The notes under the pieces were generated by a model. It was given only the letters and a program-made list of their open reading frames with translations, had not been told where the DNA came from and did no database searches. Shown here piece after piece: positions 12,601 through 25,406 of a stretch of 64,000 nucleotides of DNA. The position numbers were made by a program, and so were the translations under genes. The stretch's first letter is position 1, and each line of letters begins with the position of its first letter. The stretch comes from Bilabrum cf. latius (taxonomy: Eukaryota): NCBI GenBank assembly GCA_965178125.1, contig OZ237768.1:434001-498000 (forward strand). Reading direction: 5' to 3'.

Positions 12601-15600
12601 TTACGACCTTCATGTTCATGTGCATCTGCCTTGGGGGCATCAACAGGCACCGAGCGCGACACGATACTCTTTGGGGTACCTGCACTGTCTTTCACCTCAG
12701 GCTGGGCCTCCGCTGATACAATTTTGCTACTACCCAAGTCGCCGATGGACTCATTAGACGTTGGAGAGGCTGCAGTTTCCACGTCGGTCGCTTTGGCCGT
12801 GTCGTTCTCTGAGCCTACGGATGCACGAGAGGTCTCAATGGCCGGCCCGCTGCCACTCTCAGATTCGCCACCATGATGGGCTTCAGAAGACGTCGCAGCT
12901 TCAATTTGGGCTGAAGCTTCTCTTGAATTCTCACGCTCCCCACAAGTGCTGGTAGCATCGCCTTTGTGAACCCGATCCACGGGTGTTGGTACGCTGCCAG
13001 TAGTCTCAACGATGGTGCTTTCATCTACCCCTTGCCCCGCACAAGGGGTGCTATCACCACCGCTAGGCTCCACGGGATCTGACGACCCTGCGTCACCGGG
13101 CACACAAAGATCGGCCGGTTCGCTCGCCTGGCCGGATTCGGCGCCTCCATGCAGATCTACCTCTGCTTCTTGTTCCTGTGGCTGCTCCTCGTGGGTGAGT
13201 GATATGCTTCCTGCAGCGATAGCAGTGGTATCCTGTTGGCCGCCATTCTGGCTGTCAACCTGCTGCATTTGCTCCTGCCTGTGCTCCTTCATCACTAGGG
13301 GCCGGTCGGCACCCGTTCTTTCCTCTTGCACATCGGGGTGCAGACCATGCTCCGATTCAACAGCGGAAGCTGCTGTGTCTATGCCGCGTTGCTCTACCTC
13401 CGCACGGACAGGTGCACTTGTGTCAGCATTCGACTACCCCTCCATGGCTCTCATTTGAGAAACGTCATCCTATTCCTTATCCTGGTACTGCTCCTCTAGA
13501 ATATCTTCCCGAGCGACAGCCTCGGCTGCTTCGATCGACTTGCGGATGAACTTGCGCCTGGTCGCGTGTGCGCGACCAAGCCATTGCACGAACCCGCCCA
13601 ACGCAGCCACGAGCTGCTGCGGGGACACATCGGCCGGTGTGCCTTGCCCGCCAGACGCATGACCCCCACCATCGCCGCCGTCAGCCGATCCACCGGTGGA
13701 CTATTTCCCTTTGGCGCGGTCGATGCTATCGATGTCGCAGCCGTGGCTGCCTGCAGCCCGCCTGACTTCCTCGTCCTCCAGCGCATCCTGCACCACGATC
13801 TTCTTGGCGCCCTCGTCCAACGACTCCCAGAACGCGTCGATGGCGGTGTCCTGACTCGTGATGCCGCTCATCGTGGCCAGCACTGCCTTAGTCCTAGCAG
13901 GCAAACGGTCGATGTGCGTGTACCATGCTTCGAACGAAGACCGCATCATGCGGCAGCTTGGGTCCGAGGCTGACAGCTACAGCGGACGAGGCACAGGGAC
14001 GCCGGCCGCGCCTGCCTCGGCCGCAATCTGCGTGTCCTCCACCGCCTGCGTCAGCTCGAGCAGTTGTTCCCTGGAAGTGAGGCTCTCCCAGGCCACGACG
14101 AAGTCGTTGAGCATCGTGCGGTCGGCACCAGTGCTCCTGCCGCTCTCCTCCTTCTCTTTCCCATCGCCCTCGTTCAACTCGCTCGTGTGCCGCGCCGGAC
14201 CGTCAACTCGTCCACCCGTCCCGCCGATCCCGCGGCCAGCACTCGTCACAGCTCCCCGGCCTCTCCGTGCCCGCCGAACGTCACCTCCATTTCCCTCAGC
14301 CTCACCCTGGCTCGGACCAAAATGCCTCACGAATAGATCGGAGTCGTCGGGCAGCTCCATTGATCGCAGCATCATGCTAGCACCCCACACGTCAGAGTTG
14401 ATCGTGCTCATCCTGAGTGGGACCCTGCCCGCACTACCGTGCGATGCACCTGCCTGCTCGGCCTCCCGCCGATGCCGGACCATGAGCCGACGCTCCTCCT
14501 CCTCCCTGGCTTTCTGATTCCGGTTCCACTCCACGGGGGTCGACTCATCCGTCGGCGGTGCAACGAGGGAAGCAGAGGTGCCGCCCGCCGGGGTGGGCAC
14601 ACCCACGGCCCCTGCGTACTCGGACACGGCCTGGATCGGCGAAGGGGAGCGATCGCGAAGGCGCTGCCTTTGCGTATTGGAACGGACGCCTGCGCCCGAC
14701 AATGCGTGCCCGTCTAGCGAACCTTCGCTGTCCGATCCCGCAGAGGAAAACCCGCTGGCGATCAGCTGTGCAGACTCCGGTGCCGGTGCCGGGGCAGGGG
14801 CAGCTCCGCGCATCCCTTCCCCCAGTCGGCTTGCAACGCTGCTGTCCATGGAAGCGGCGATGGAGGACTGCTTCAGCGGAAGGCTGGTTCGCCTCTGGCT
14901 TCGGGCTCGCTTGCTTTCGCTGACTCCTGCTGTGATCACGACGCGCAAGGTCGCCGGATCTGCCCCTGCCGCGATTGCCTCGGCGGCTCGTTTTTCGGCC
15001 CGCAGTGTGTCCATTTCGGGGGCTAGAACCAGGCTTACAGTGCTCTTTGGCAGGGCAACTGGCTAGCCAGAAGATGCTTGTCCAGAAGCACCTGCGGCCT
15101 GCTGACTTGCTCGGTGACACACACTGGCTGGCGGTCGCCGACGGCGTCCTCTTCTCGGCCCAACTGTTGACTGCTAGCCTTTCTCTGATACTGGCGTCGA
15201 CGTGGCATGCAGCGAGCCTTCGTACCAGCGTTCAGAGAGCTCTGCATCGCTCATCGACGCGAGTGAGGCGGACTGCTTCAAGTTCAGGTTCCCCTTTGCG
15301 GCCTTGGAAGCAACTTCCGATCTAAACAATTGCTTGTCGTGTACTTGCGACTCGGCAGTGCCTGTCCTGCTTCCATTACCCCTCTAATGAGCATAGAAGG
15401 CACCTATTCCGCCCGATGGCGTCATGCTATCAAGCTACCAACCGCCCGGGGTGTCCAAACGATCCACCAGGGATGGCACCAAACTAATAAGATTTGGTGT
15501 TGCCCTATTGTCGACCCGATCAACTCCAGGTCTGCGAGCTGACCGCTTACCCTTGGCAGAGGGCACCTAAAACGTGTCCGTTGGAGCTCTCGTAGCTGCT

Positions 15601-15722
15601 GCTGCTAGCTCAGCCCAATTTATACCCACATCCGACCCATAGTCAGGATCACTTAGTGCTGCAGTTAGTATTTCAGTTCTTTTTACGCGTGAGCCGCCTT
15701 CGGGGCCGTCTGAACTGTCCAT
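3630..15722 (-). CDS. Very large (~4030 aa) low-complexity/coiled-coil host protein, continuous when TAG is read as sense
   Basis: Track ORFs 13977-15014, 13701-13949, 12381-13331, 12003-12248, 10980-11366, 10518-10784, 8979-10382, 8517-8954, 8130-8402, 7470-8060, 5934-7256, 5718-5900, 4368-5402 and 3630-4259 share one frame. The gaps contain TAG but no in-frame TAA/TGA. ATG at 15722, TGA at 3630. Start position is inferred. Confidence 0.8.
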
Positions 15723-16364
15723 TGCCTGAGGACACTATCGAAATAAGATTCAGTGCGGTCCTCTCGATCTCAAGTGCAGGTCGAACTTGATTTCATTCCA
15801 ATTTTGTGTAATGAGGGAAATTGCCTTATCTTGGCCTCGCGAGCGTACTACTAGTACGGCTACCTTTACTGCGATCTCGTCACGGGCCGTACCGGCGGTA
15901 GGGTCCACGTTGAGGCTGCAACCGGTGCTCCCTTCTGGCTGCACAATCAAGCCATTGTGAATGACACCATCTCGCGCAGCCATGATACTGCCATTCGGGT
16001 GTTAGTTCGATTTCATACGAAGCATAACCCCTTGTGAACACGGTTAGACCCATGTGATGTTGCACCTGAACCTGTCGGAATATCTCCGCAGATGGTATTA
16101 AGGAGACAGAGTCTGATTCGTTGTTGACGTCAAATGAGATGATAAGCGTCTGTGCGATGAGGATGTCATGGATTGAAGTGACTTGTAACGAGTGGGCTTC
16201 ACTTGAAGCAGTGACTCTTGCAATCATTTCAATTCGAGCCCTTGGCGAGACATATCGCATGCGTCCACACAGAAAAAAAAGAGGGCAAGAGCGATCTGTG
16301 CCATGATGAGGATGAGCCCCACCCGAGCTTTCACGACCGCCGAACAACCATCTCAGAGGCTCAT

Positions 16365-18014
16365 TTATTTCTGCGAGTGGGACACATAATCGAACACATT
16401 CTCGAACTTGGACAACGGGTATCCCTCGGGTCGACTGTCGCCATACGCCTCCCAGATATAGGTGAGAGTAGCCTGCTGGAGCAAAACCGAGCTATGCTCA
16501 TCCATCTCCAACGCCCTGGCCGTGGGCTGCATGTAGGACGTGTCGATGCTCCACAGGTACGCCCCGCTGTCCATGTCAACGAGAGCTAGATCTCCCGCGC
16601 GGTCGCACTCCTCCCCCGTGATGAATAGTGCGCACTTCTGGGCCTTGCCCCGGGTATCCGTCTTCCAATTGATGTTCCCATTCCCATTCGTCTGCACCAG
16701 GTTGCAGTCGTCCTGCACAATCAGAGAAGCCTTGTCATGGCCCTTCACCCGGAGCGACTGCCCCATGGCCAGCACCTCATCGTCCCATAGATGGTGACCC
16801 TGGGCGGCAGGTCGCTCAGCAAGCGCCTTGAGGTCGCAGCGAGGAGCCCACCCATTGATGGCTGCCTGCAGCGCCGCCGTCTTGAGACCATTGCCGAAGG
16901 TCTTGTCGTCGTCAGGACTGATCAGATCTTCCGACCCCGCAGACCACGCGATCGCACCTCCCTGCTGGAACAGGATGGCATTCCCATCCCCCTGCAGACG
17001 AAGGGTGTCTGCACCCGGGTGCATCAGCGAGGCAGGCACCCGCCAGATGTACTGCCCGGAGGCGCTGTCCACGATGGCCAGATCGCCGTGGGTGTCGCAC
17101 CCGTCCCCCGTGATGACGAGTGCGCACTTCCCCTCGGTACCCTTGGCTGCCGTGTTGGTCGCAAAGCGCGCCTTGCCCTCTCGGTACACCACCAGGTTGC
17201 AGTCTCCCTGCATGCGCAGCTCGGACCACACCCCCGCCCTCAAGGCGGCCCCGGCTCGCAGCACCTGCCCCGAAGACAGCACGTCGCCGCCAGTCACTTG
17301 GTGGTACGATGATTCCAGGGCCCCTGCATCGCAGTGCAGACTGTGCACGTCCTCCCGCACCTACAGATCGAAGTGGAGGAACCCTCCACTGTTCTATTTC
17401 TCATCTTGTTTGGTGCTCCACAGCGGCTACCCGCCTTCCTGAAGGAGAACGGCATTGCCGTCCCCTTGGACCACAAACGTGTCTACCTTAGGCGTGAAGA
17501 TAGAGGATTGCACCCGCCAAAGGTATTTGCCCGTTTCTGTGTCGATGATGGCCAGGTCTCCCTGCGTGCTGCATGATGCATCCGTCATGAGCAGCGCACA
17601 GTGGTCGGCGGGATGCTCCTCGGGGTTGCCCTGGGTGAACGAATCCCACTCGCCATTGCCATCGACAAAAAGTTTGCAGTCAGCCCGGAGCTACATCTTC
17701 GTCGAACCCTTGGACAAGGCATTATCGGGCTTGTCGGTGGCGGAAAGCAGAACCTCGCCTCTCCGAAGCCTGTCGCCCTCTGCCGGCTTCCTCGCGGCCA
17801 AGGCGCTCACATCGCAGGAGAATGCATCAACTTTGTCAGAATCTGGGTTTGCATGCCAAATGTTGTCGCCCCGGAACCAGCTGCTGGGGATGAACCTGGT
17901 CAACGACGTAGAGCCAGTGCTGCGAAGGTGCTGCTGGCCTTGTGCTCGTCGCCCGTTCACACTGACCGCCGAGCATGCGATGAGAGCTATCGAAGTAGAA
18001 ACAATTGATCGCAT
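16365..18014 (-). CDS. Secreted bulb-type (B) lectin-domain protein, copy A (549 aa, 4 in-frame TAG)
   Basis: Signal peptide MRSIVSTSIALIACSAVSV; repeated QxDxNxVxY-like motifs (MQGDCNLVVY, LQGDGNAIL, VQDDCNLV); one frame broken only by TAG; ends in TAA. Confidence 0.85.
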
Positions 18015-18403
18015 GCCTGCAAGTCTGAGTTTGATGCGACCGTGAGTTCCGAACTAAATGCAGCCGCGCGCGTCAGCAGACCTGAGAGAGGAGGGGGGGG
18101 CATGGGGGGACTCCGTCGGACATGCCAGTGGGGGGGGGGCACGGGGGGCCCCCGGGGACACCTTCCTCAATCATGCACCTGAACCTGTCGAAATATCTCC
18201 GCAGATGGATTGAAGTGACTTGTAGCGAGTGGGCTTTATTGAAAGCGGTGGCTCTTGCAATCATTTCGATTCGAGCCCTTTGCGAGACATAGACTATAGC
18301 ATGCATCCACACAGAGCCTGTGACAGAGGGCGAGAGCGGTCTGTGTCATGATGAGGATGAGCACCACCCGAGCTTTCAAGACTGCCGAACATAAACAACC
18401 CAC

Positions 18404-19080
18404 TCAGAGGCTCATTTGTTTCTGCGACTTGAGTACATAATCGAACACATCCTCGAACCTGGGCACCGGGTATCCCTCTGGTTGACTGTCGCCATCCGAC
18501 TGCCAGAAATAGGAGAAAGTAGCCTGCTGGCGTATGATCAGGGACGAATCCCAAATCTCCATCACCCTAGCCGTGGGCTGCATGAAGGACGTGTCGATGC
18601 TCCACAGGTACGCCCCACTGTCCATGTCCACCAGAGCTAGATCTCCCGCGCGGTCGCACTCCTCCCCTGTGATGAATAGTGCGCACTTCTGGGCATTGCC
18701 CCGGGTATCCGTCTTCCAGTTGATGTTCCCATTCCCATTCGTCTGCACCAGGTTGCAGTCGTCCTGCACAATCAGAGAAGCCTTGTCATGGCCCTTCACC
18801 CGGAGCGACTGCCCCATGGCCAGCACCTCATCGTCCCACAGATAGTATCCCTGGGCGGCAGGTCGCTCAGCAAGCGCCTTGAGGTCGCAGCGAGGAGCCC
18901 ACCCATTGATGGCTGCCTGCAGCGCCACCGTCTTGAGACCATTGCCGATCGCAGCACCTGCTTCGGAAACAGCACGTCGCCGCCGGTCACTTGTTGGTAC
19001 GACGACTTCAGAGCCCCTGCATCGCACTACAGACTGTGCACGTCCTCCCACACCTCCAGATCGAAGTGGAGGTACCCTCC
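18404..19080 (-). pseudogene. Internally deleted 3' fragment of a B-lectin gene
   Basis: Nearly identical to the 3' part of copy A; deletion junction near 18950; no 5' end. Confidence 0.7.
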
Positions 19081-19993
19081 CCTGCGAGCCGGAGCCGCCC
19101 TGAGGGCGGGCAAGGGGGAGGGGGCCGAGCTGCGCATGCAGGGAGACTGCAACCTGGTGGTGTACCGAGAGGGCAAGGCGCGCTTTGCGGCCAACACGGC
19201 GGGCAAGGGTACCGAGGCGAAGTGCGCACTCGTCATCACGGGGGATGGATGCGACACCAAGGGCGACCCGGCCATCGTCGACAGCGCCTCCGGGCAGTAC
19301 ATCTGGCGGGTGCCTGCCTCGCTGATGGACCCGGGTGCAGACACCTTTCGTCTGCAGGGGGACAGGAATGCCACCCTGCACCAGCAGTGGGGTGCGATCG
19401 CGTGGTCTGCAGGGTCGGAAGACCTGGATAGTCCTTACGACGACGAGACCTTCGGCAATGGTCTCAAGACGGTGGCGCTGCAGGCGGCCATCAATGGGTG
19501 GGCTCCTCGCTGCGACCCCAAGGCGCTTGCTAAGCGACCTGCCGCCCGGGGGCACCATCTGTGGGACGATGAGGTGCTGGCCATGGGGCAGTCGCTCCGG
19601 AAGGCCTCTCTGACGGTGCAGGACGACTGCAACCTGGTGGAGATTAATAGGCATGGAGACATCAACTGGAAGACGAATACCCGGGGCAAGGCCCAGAAGT
19701 GCGCACTCGTCATCGCGGGGGAGGAGTGCGACCGCGCGGGAGATCTCGCTCTCGTGGACATGGACAGCGGGGCGTACCTGTGGAGCATTGACACGTACTA
19801 CATGTAGCCCACGGCCAGGATGTTGAAGCTAAACGACAACCACATCGCCCTGCGCCAGCAGGCTACGCTTCGGAATGTCTGGATGTCGGATGAGCACGCG
19901 GCCTCTTCCAGCTCTCCGCCGCCCCCTGAGGGATACCCGCAGGCACGGTTTGAGAAGGCGTTTACTTATCTGGGCGAGTCTCAGAAAGAATAA
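19081..19993 (+). pseudogene. Inverted, 5'-truncated B-lectin copy
   Basis: LRAGAALRAG..MQGDCNLVVY..DTYYM(TAG)PTAR on the + strand, joined directly to the minus-strand fragment; ends SQKE-TAA. Confidence 0.7.
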
Positions 19994-20082
19994 AGGGGGT
20001 GTTATTGTTCCATTGTTCCATGTCTTAACGTGGATGTGGCGCTGAAGCGGGCTTTGGCATGCGTCAACGGTCGGGTGATGAC

Positions 20083-21931
20083 CAGGGGTCCTGCCATTTA
20101 AGGTCTCAAGTGCCAAAATCGGTAAGTGGTACTTAACTGGTAACCAGTTAAGGTCTGAAAATGCGTAAAAATTTTACCAGTTACCGTTCAAATTTCAAAA
20201 AAATCTTCTAGGCTCCTGCGAGCTCACATTCACGCACAAAACAACCCCAAGGTGGCTATACTGGGCGTTCATGGCCAGACCATGCCTCCCACGGGCTACA
20301 AGGCGTGTAAAGGCGGCTCAGCCCAGCTGTGCTAGACCGTCAACGACTCGACGCAGTATGGGGTATTCTCCGAAGCAAGGGCTGTAGAAACTTCCTGCCA
20401 GGTGCAGGCAGGGCAACAACTGAGCGATCCTCGCCCGCTTCTGCGTTGTACACGTTTCAGGCCTTTGATCGGGGTACACAGCCACCGTGCGGTGGCCGTC
20501 ACATTGTTTGCTGAAGCTGCTGCCTTGGCCTGCAGCCGCAATAGCCACACGCTAGCTAGGCCCAGGTTGAAGTTCTCGGCCTGAATGCCCGCTCGATGGA
20601 CTTGGGCTTCTTGGGCTTGTCTGCCCCCAGGGGGTTTCCAGCTGCACCTTTCATAAGCTGCTTGGCAGCTGTCACTTCTTTGCGGTCCTTCCTGCCCCGC
20701 TCGTACGCATCAGGTGGGTGCATGATTCGTAGGGTCCCCGCGTCCAGAACGTAGACAATGCCAGGGCAGGAGCTCAGAATGCACCACTCGGAGTTCAAGA
20801 TGAACCATACTGCGCCAAAACAGCGGGACACCTTGGTCTCACCGAGTGCTTTCTTGATCTTTATGCCGAGGGCCTTGGTCTTGTCCAGGATTCCTCCGGG
20901 CCGCTTCAGATCGTATCGCCTGCGCAGTGCACACCATGCAGCATGCAGGACCTTTTCAGCTGGGATACAAAGTTGGAAAATGCAGCTGCAGCCATATTGT
21001 GGTTGATCGTCATGCTTCCTCTTTACTCTCGTTCGGCGTGGTAGTCGCCACTGGCAGCGTCGGCGAGCCGACTTTCACCCAGCACTGTTCCTGATCCTCT
21101 TCTCCACAATCTGGGTGACCGACCGGGATACCCCCTTCCGAGCACTTGAACGTAGCAATGCAAGCTGGATATTAATGCTCGCTGCATCGTCAGTGCGGGG
21201 TGATACACGTGCAAAGGGGTTTAGTTCATCGAGGCCGCGCGTGCCACCCAGCTGGTTCCTTGGCAATGTCTTGACCAGCACACTGATGCATTGTGGGTCC
21301 TTGTGACTCAGTTGAGTCGTCTGTGCTATAGTGAAGCTCTTTTGGAGCTTGCTTGGTCCTCCTGCCCATGTGCTTCCCTCCTGCGGTAGTACGTGGCGAG
21401 CACGATTCAAACTTAGGCATCTCGTACCCGCCTACGCAGGGCCAATTGGTACAAATAAACACCAACATCAAACATATACATCATACTAATATACTTTACA
21501 CTTACTTGTAGGCCTATTTCTTTGGTTTTGTGTTGGAAAAATGAGGTTTACCAGTTGATGCCAGAGTGTACGCGCAACCTAGTCTCGTAAACAATCAGAC
21601 ATGGCAAGACCTGACAAAGCTGTGCCTGTGCGCGACCCTTGACCGGACTGGCCGGGGCTGGGAAGAGCACGTGCACTACTCCGCCAAAAATTACCCAATC
21701 TCCGCCCCTCTCCTGAACACAGAGAGGGTATGCGCGTCATCGCGAGCAATCCGTTGGCTCGGTCGCACCTTCCCGGTCGCAACCGCCACCGGAACCCAAA
21801 CGAGGCATTCACGCGCTCCCACTCTGGCATCAACACCGAACCCCATCCGGCGTTAGGATCATAACGTGCGAGCACGCCGAAATTCGTACCAGTTAAGCCA
21901 AAAAAGCGTATGGTAATTGGCAGCACCCCTG
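20083..21931. mobile_element. hAT-type DNA transposon, probably non-autonomous
   Basis: TIRs CAGGGGTCCTGCCA / TGGCAGCACCCCTG; 8-bp direct repeat GTGATGAC on both flanks (20075-20082 and 21932-21939); subterminal TACCAGTT-like repeats; no intact transposase recognised. Confidence 0.85.
21588..21856. repeat. Short GC-rich element nested in the hAT, related to the insertion at 28466-28650
   Basis: Ends CATCAACACCGAACCCCATCCGGCGTTAG versus CATCAACCCCGAACCCCATTCGGCGTTAG; shared internal blocks. Left boundary approximate. Confidence 0.6.
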
Positions 21932-23056
21932 GTGATGACTCACTGATGAGCCTGGTGAAGCCGCGTGGAAATCGACGCTTTATGGCGAAGGGGCAGCGGG
22001 ACCCCCCTACCGAAAGTTTATCTATGGACTCAACCGTTTTCGCCAGGGGCCTCATGGCCGGCGGACTTGATGCCCGGGTTGATGCAGGCACCATGGCCGG
22101 ACTTCGGATTGCAATGTTATCCACTTACTTTATCCACTTAATCAATCGACTGGAACCTTCCCCTAGATAACCACCATCTAGGTTGCATTTGCTTACTACA
22201 CAAGGTGGCGGATTAGATCAACTGATCTGGTCCTATTGTCTTGCTAGCAAGCTCTCGCTTGGTACTCTTGTATGCTTCTTTGTTGTAATTTGTGAGTGCT
22301 GGTTATGGCATGACTCAGTGATGAGCATGTCGATGCTGATGTTGCACCTGAACCTGTCGGAATAACTCCGCAGATGGATTAAAGGCCCTCGAGATCGTCG
22401 CTGCCAGAGCGATACCAGGCACCTGTAAAGGCAGGCGGAGCACGAAAGCTGTCTTGGAGCTGCGCGCAGATGCCCGATCCAGCCACCGTCCGCCACAGTC
22501 CCCAGCCCCGGATCAGCCCAGGTAGTGCCAGCCCATGCGCAGCCAACTGCCTCGAAACGGCCTTGCCCGCCGCCCCCTCGTCAAGCTCCAGCCGGGCCCG
22601 GAAAGCCATCCCGTGGCGAGCCAACCAGCACGCGCGGCCGGGGTCACGTCCACTTTGGCTTCCGAGAGCGTCTGTTGTTCCTGGCAAGAGCTTGCGAGTG
22701 GGCACAGTCGGAATACGTTGATAGTTCGGCAGGTATTGTTTATCGTTCGGCAGAGTCCCCGACGGTCGCTGCAATTGCTGCCAGTTCATTTGCACATTTG
22801 CACGGTGCAGGCGCTGAGACACTACTGATCGGGAATGTACGGACCAATATAAAAAAGAGCAAAGTACCCGTGCCCGAGCCAAACCTTCGGCTCGGGTACG
22901 GCCGCCGTCCGTTCGGTCCGCCACGTCCCCAGGGTGCAGCCGCGGCGCCATTGGCAGCGGGGGAGGAGAGCCAGAGCGGCCCGCGTCATGCCGTGTAAGC
23001 TTCGTTGGTATTGCGCGCCAACCGTGCTTTTACGACGGCCAGCCATAGACTCCACC

Positions 23057-24691
23057 TCATGCATCCTGGGAGTCGTTTAGATAACTGAACATATCATCGA
23101 ACTTTTCATTCTCCTCCGAGTGAGCGTACGATTCGTGACACGTACTCCAGATATCATAGTACGTACCTTCCTGGGAGAGCATCAGGTGAGACCAAAGATA
23201 CAGCACCCTGGCCGTGGGCCGCATGTAGGACGTGTCAATGCTCCACAGGTACGCCCCGCTGTCCATGTCCACGAGAGCGAGATCTCCCGCGCGGTCGCAC
23301 TCCTCCCCCGTGATGACGAGTGCGCACTTCTGGGCCTTGCCATGGGTGTCCGTCTTCCAGTAGATATTCCCATGCCCATCCGTCTCCACCAGGTTGCAGT
23401 CGTCCTGCACCGTCAGAGAGGCCTTGCCGTCTTCCCAAGGCTGGAGCGACTGCCCCATGGCCAGCACCTCATCTTCCCAAAGATGGTATCCCTGGGCGGC
23501 AGGTCGCTCAGCAAGCGCCTTGGGGTCGCAGCGAGGAGCCCACCCATTGATGGCCGCCTGCAGCGCCGCCGTCTTGAGACCATTGCCGAAGGTCTTGTCG
23601 TCCTCAGGACTATCCAGGTCTTCCGACCCAGCAGACCACACGATCGCACCTCCCTGCTGGAACAGGACGGCATTCCCGTCCCCCTGCAGACGAAGGGTGT
23701 CTGCACCCGGGTGCATCAGCGAGGTAGGCACCCGCCAGATGTACTGCCCGGAGGCGCTGTCCACGATGGCCAGGTCGCCGTTGGTGTCGCACCCGTCCCC
23801 CGTGATGACGAGTGCGCACTTCCCCTCGGTACCCTTGTCCCTCGTGTGGGTCGCAAACCGCGCCTTGCCCTCTCGGTACACCACCAGGTTGCAGTCTCCC
23901 TGCATGTGCAGCTCGACACCCTCGCCCGCCTTTAAGGCGGCCCCGGCTCGCAGCACCTGCCCCGGAGACAGCACGTCGCCGTCGATCACTTGGTGGTACG
24001 ATGATTCCAGGGCAGCTACATCGCACTGCAGACTGTGCACGTCCTCCCGCACCTACAGATCGAAGTGGAGGTATCCGCCACGGGGGTTCGGATTCATAAA
24101 ATCTTGTTTGGTGCTCCACAGCAGCTGCGCGCCTTCCTGAAGGAGAACGGCATTGCCGTCCCCCTGGACCAGAAACGTGTCCACCTCGGGTGTGAAGACA
24201 GAGGATTGTATCCGCCAGATGTACTTGCCAGTATCCGTGTGGATGATGGCCAGGTCTCCCTGCGTGCTGCACGATGCATCCGTCAAGACCAGCGCGCAGT
24301 GGCCTGCAACCTTGTGCTCAAGGGTGTTCGTGACGACTGAATCAATGATCAGCCTGCAGTCATTTCGGAGCCATGCCTACGACTCAGCATTGGTCAAGGC
24401 GTTGAGCGGGTCGGTGGCGGAATGCAGAATCTCGCCTCTCCGGAGCCTGTCGCCATTTGCCGGCTTCCTCGCGGCCAAGGCGCTCACATTGCAGGACAAC
24501 TTGTCAAGTTTGTCAGAATCCGGGTGTGCATTCCAAATGTCGCGGCTCTGGCTGCTACTGCTGGCGTGAACCGAGGCCGACAACGTGGAGCCAGCGCTGC
24601 GAAGGTGCTGCTGGCCTTTTGCTCGTCGCCCGTGCACACTGACCTCCAAGCAGGCGACGAGAGCCATCAAAGTAGAAACTATTAATCGCAT
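23057..24691 (-). CDS. Secreted B-lectin protein, copy C (544 aa, 2 in-frame TAG)
   Basis: ORFs 24377-24691, 24053-24286 and 23057-24052 are in one frame joined by TAG; signal peptide; ends in TGA. Confidence 0.85.
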
Positions 24692-25406
24692 GCCTGCAAA
24701 TCTGAGGTAGACGCGACCGTATCACTTTGCGCTGACGCAGTGGGAGGCAAGGAACTTGAAGGAAGGAACGAACGCCGCGCGCCGTGAGCGGACTCCGGAA
24801 CTTCGTTGAACCTACTGGTACTATACTATTAGAAATTTGGCGGCCCCAGACGGGCATCTGAAGCTTTGCGGCACTCGACCTCCGTCCACGATGGGGGCAT
24901 GGTGATTCTATTGAGGTAAAAGTGAGTATATATGGTATGAATGTCGGATCGTCATGCCTGCGCCCGTTGAGGCTCGCAGCGTCACCGTACTACAGCCTAG
25001 TAGGCCGTTCCGATTTGGTTGGTCTTCGTGATTTAGGCCGTTTCCTGTCAGGTGCTAGAACGCATCTGGGCGAAGGGAACGGCAAGGCTAGCACGCTCCC
25101 GGATCTGGAGCAGGCAACAAGTCCTGGAGGCGGACTATGTGGCGGTCTGGTGGCGAGAGGCTGAACGCCTCACGCCTCGCCAGGCCCCTTGCGCATGCTC
25201 CCTCACTGCGGACGTTCGACTGGGTCTGACTCCCAGGAGATCTCAACGAGTGACACGGGTCCTAGGCATGTATCGGTCTTAACCAGACCAACTATTTCTT
25301 TAGAGGCCTTTTCAGGTCCTGACTGGCTCCGCCAACGCGGGTACAGCTGGGTCCCCTGTTAATGTGCGCGTTACTTTGGTGGCAGTCCTCGCCGACCAGA
25401 CCTCTC

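Noticed and set aside
3567-15542. Many plus-strand and alternate-frame ORFs in the track
   Set aside because: They are shadow ORFs of GC-rich DNA opposite a single continuous minus-strand frame
15750-16121. Possible small gene or exon between the giant ORF and lectin A
   Set aside because: No recognisable motif, and it partly overlaps the repeated lectin 3' flank
24830-24860. LTR retrotransposon primer-binding-like site (TGGCGGCCCC)
   Set aside because: No paired LTR or gag/pol sequence found nearby
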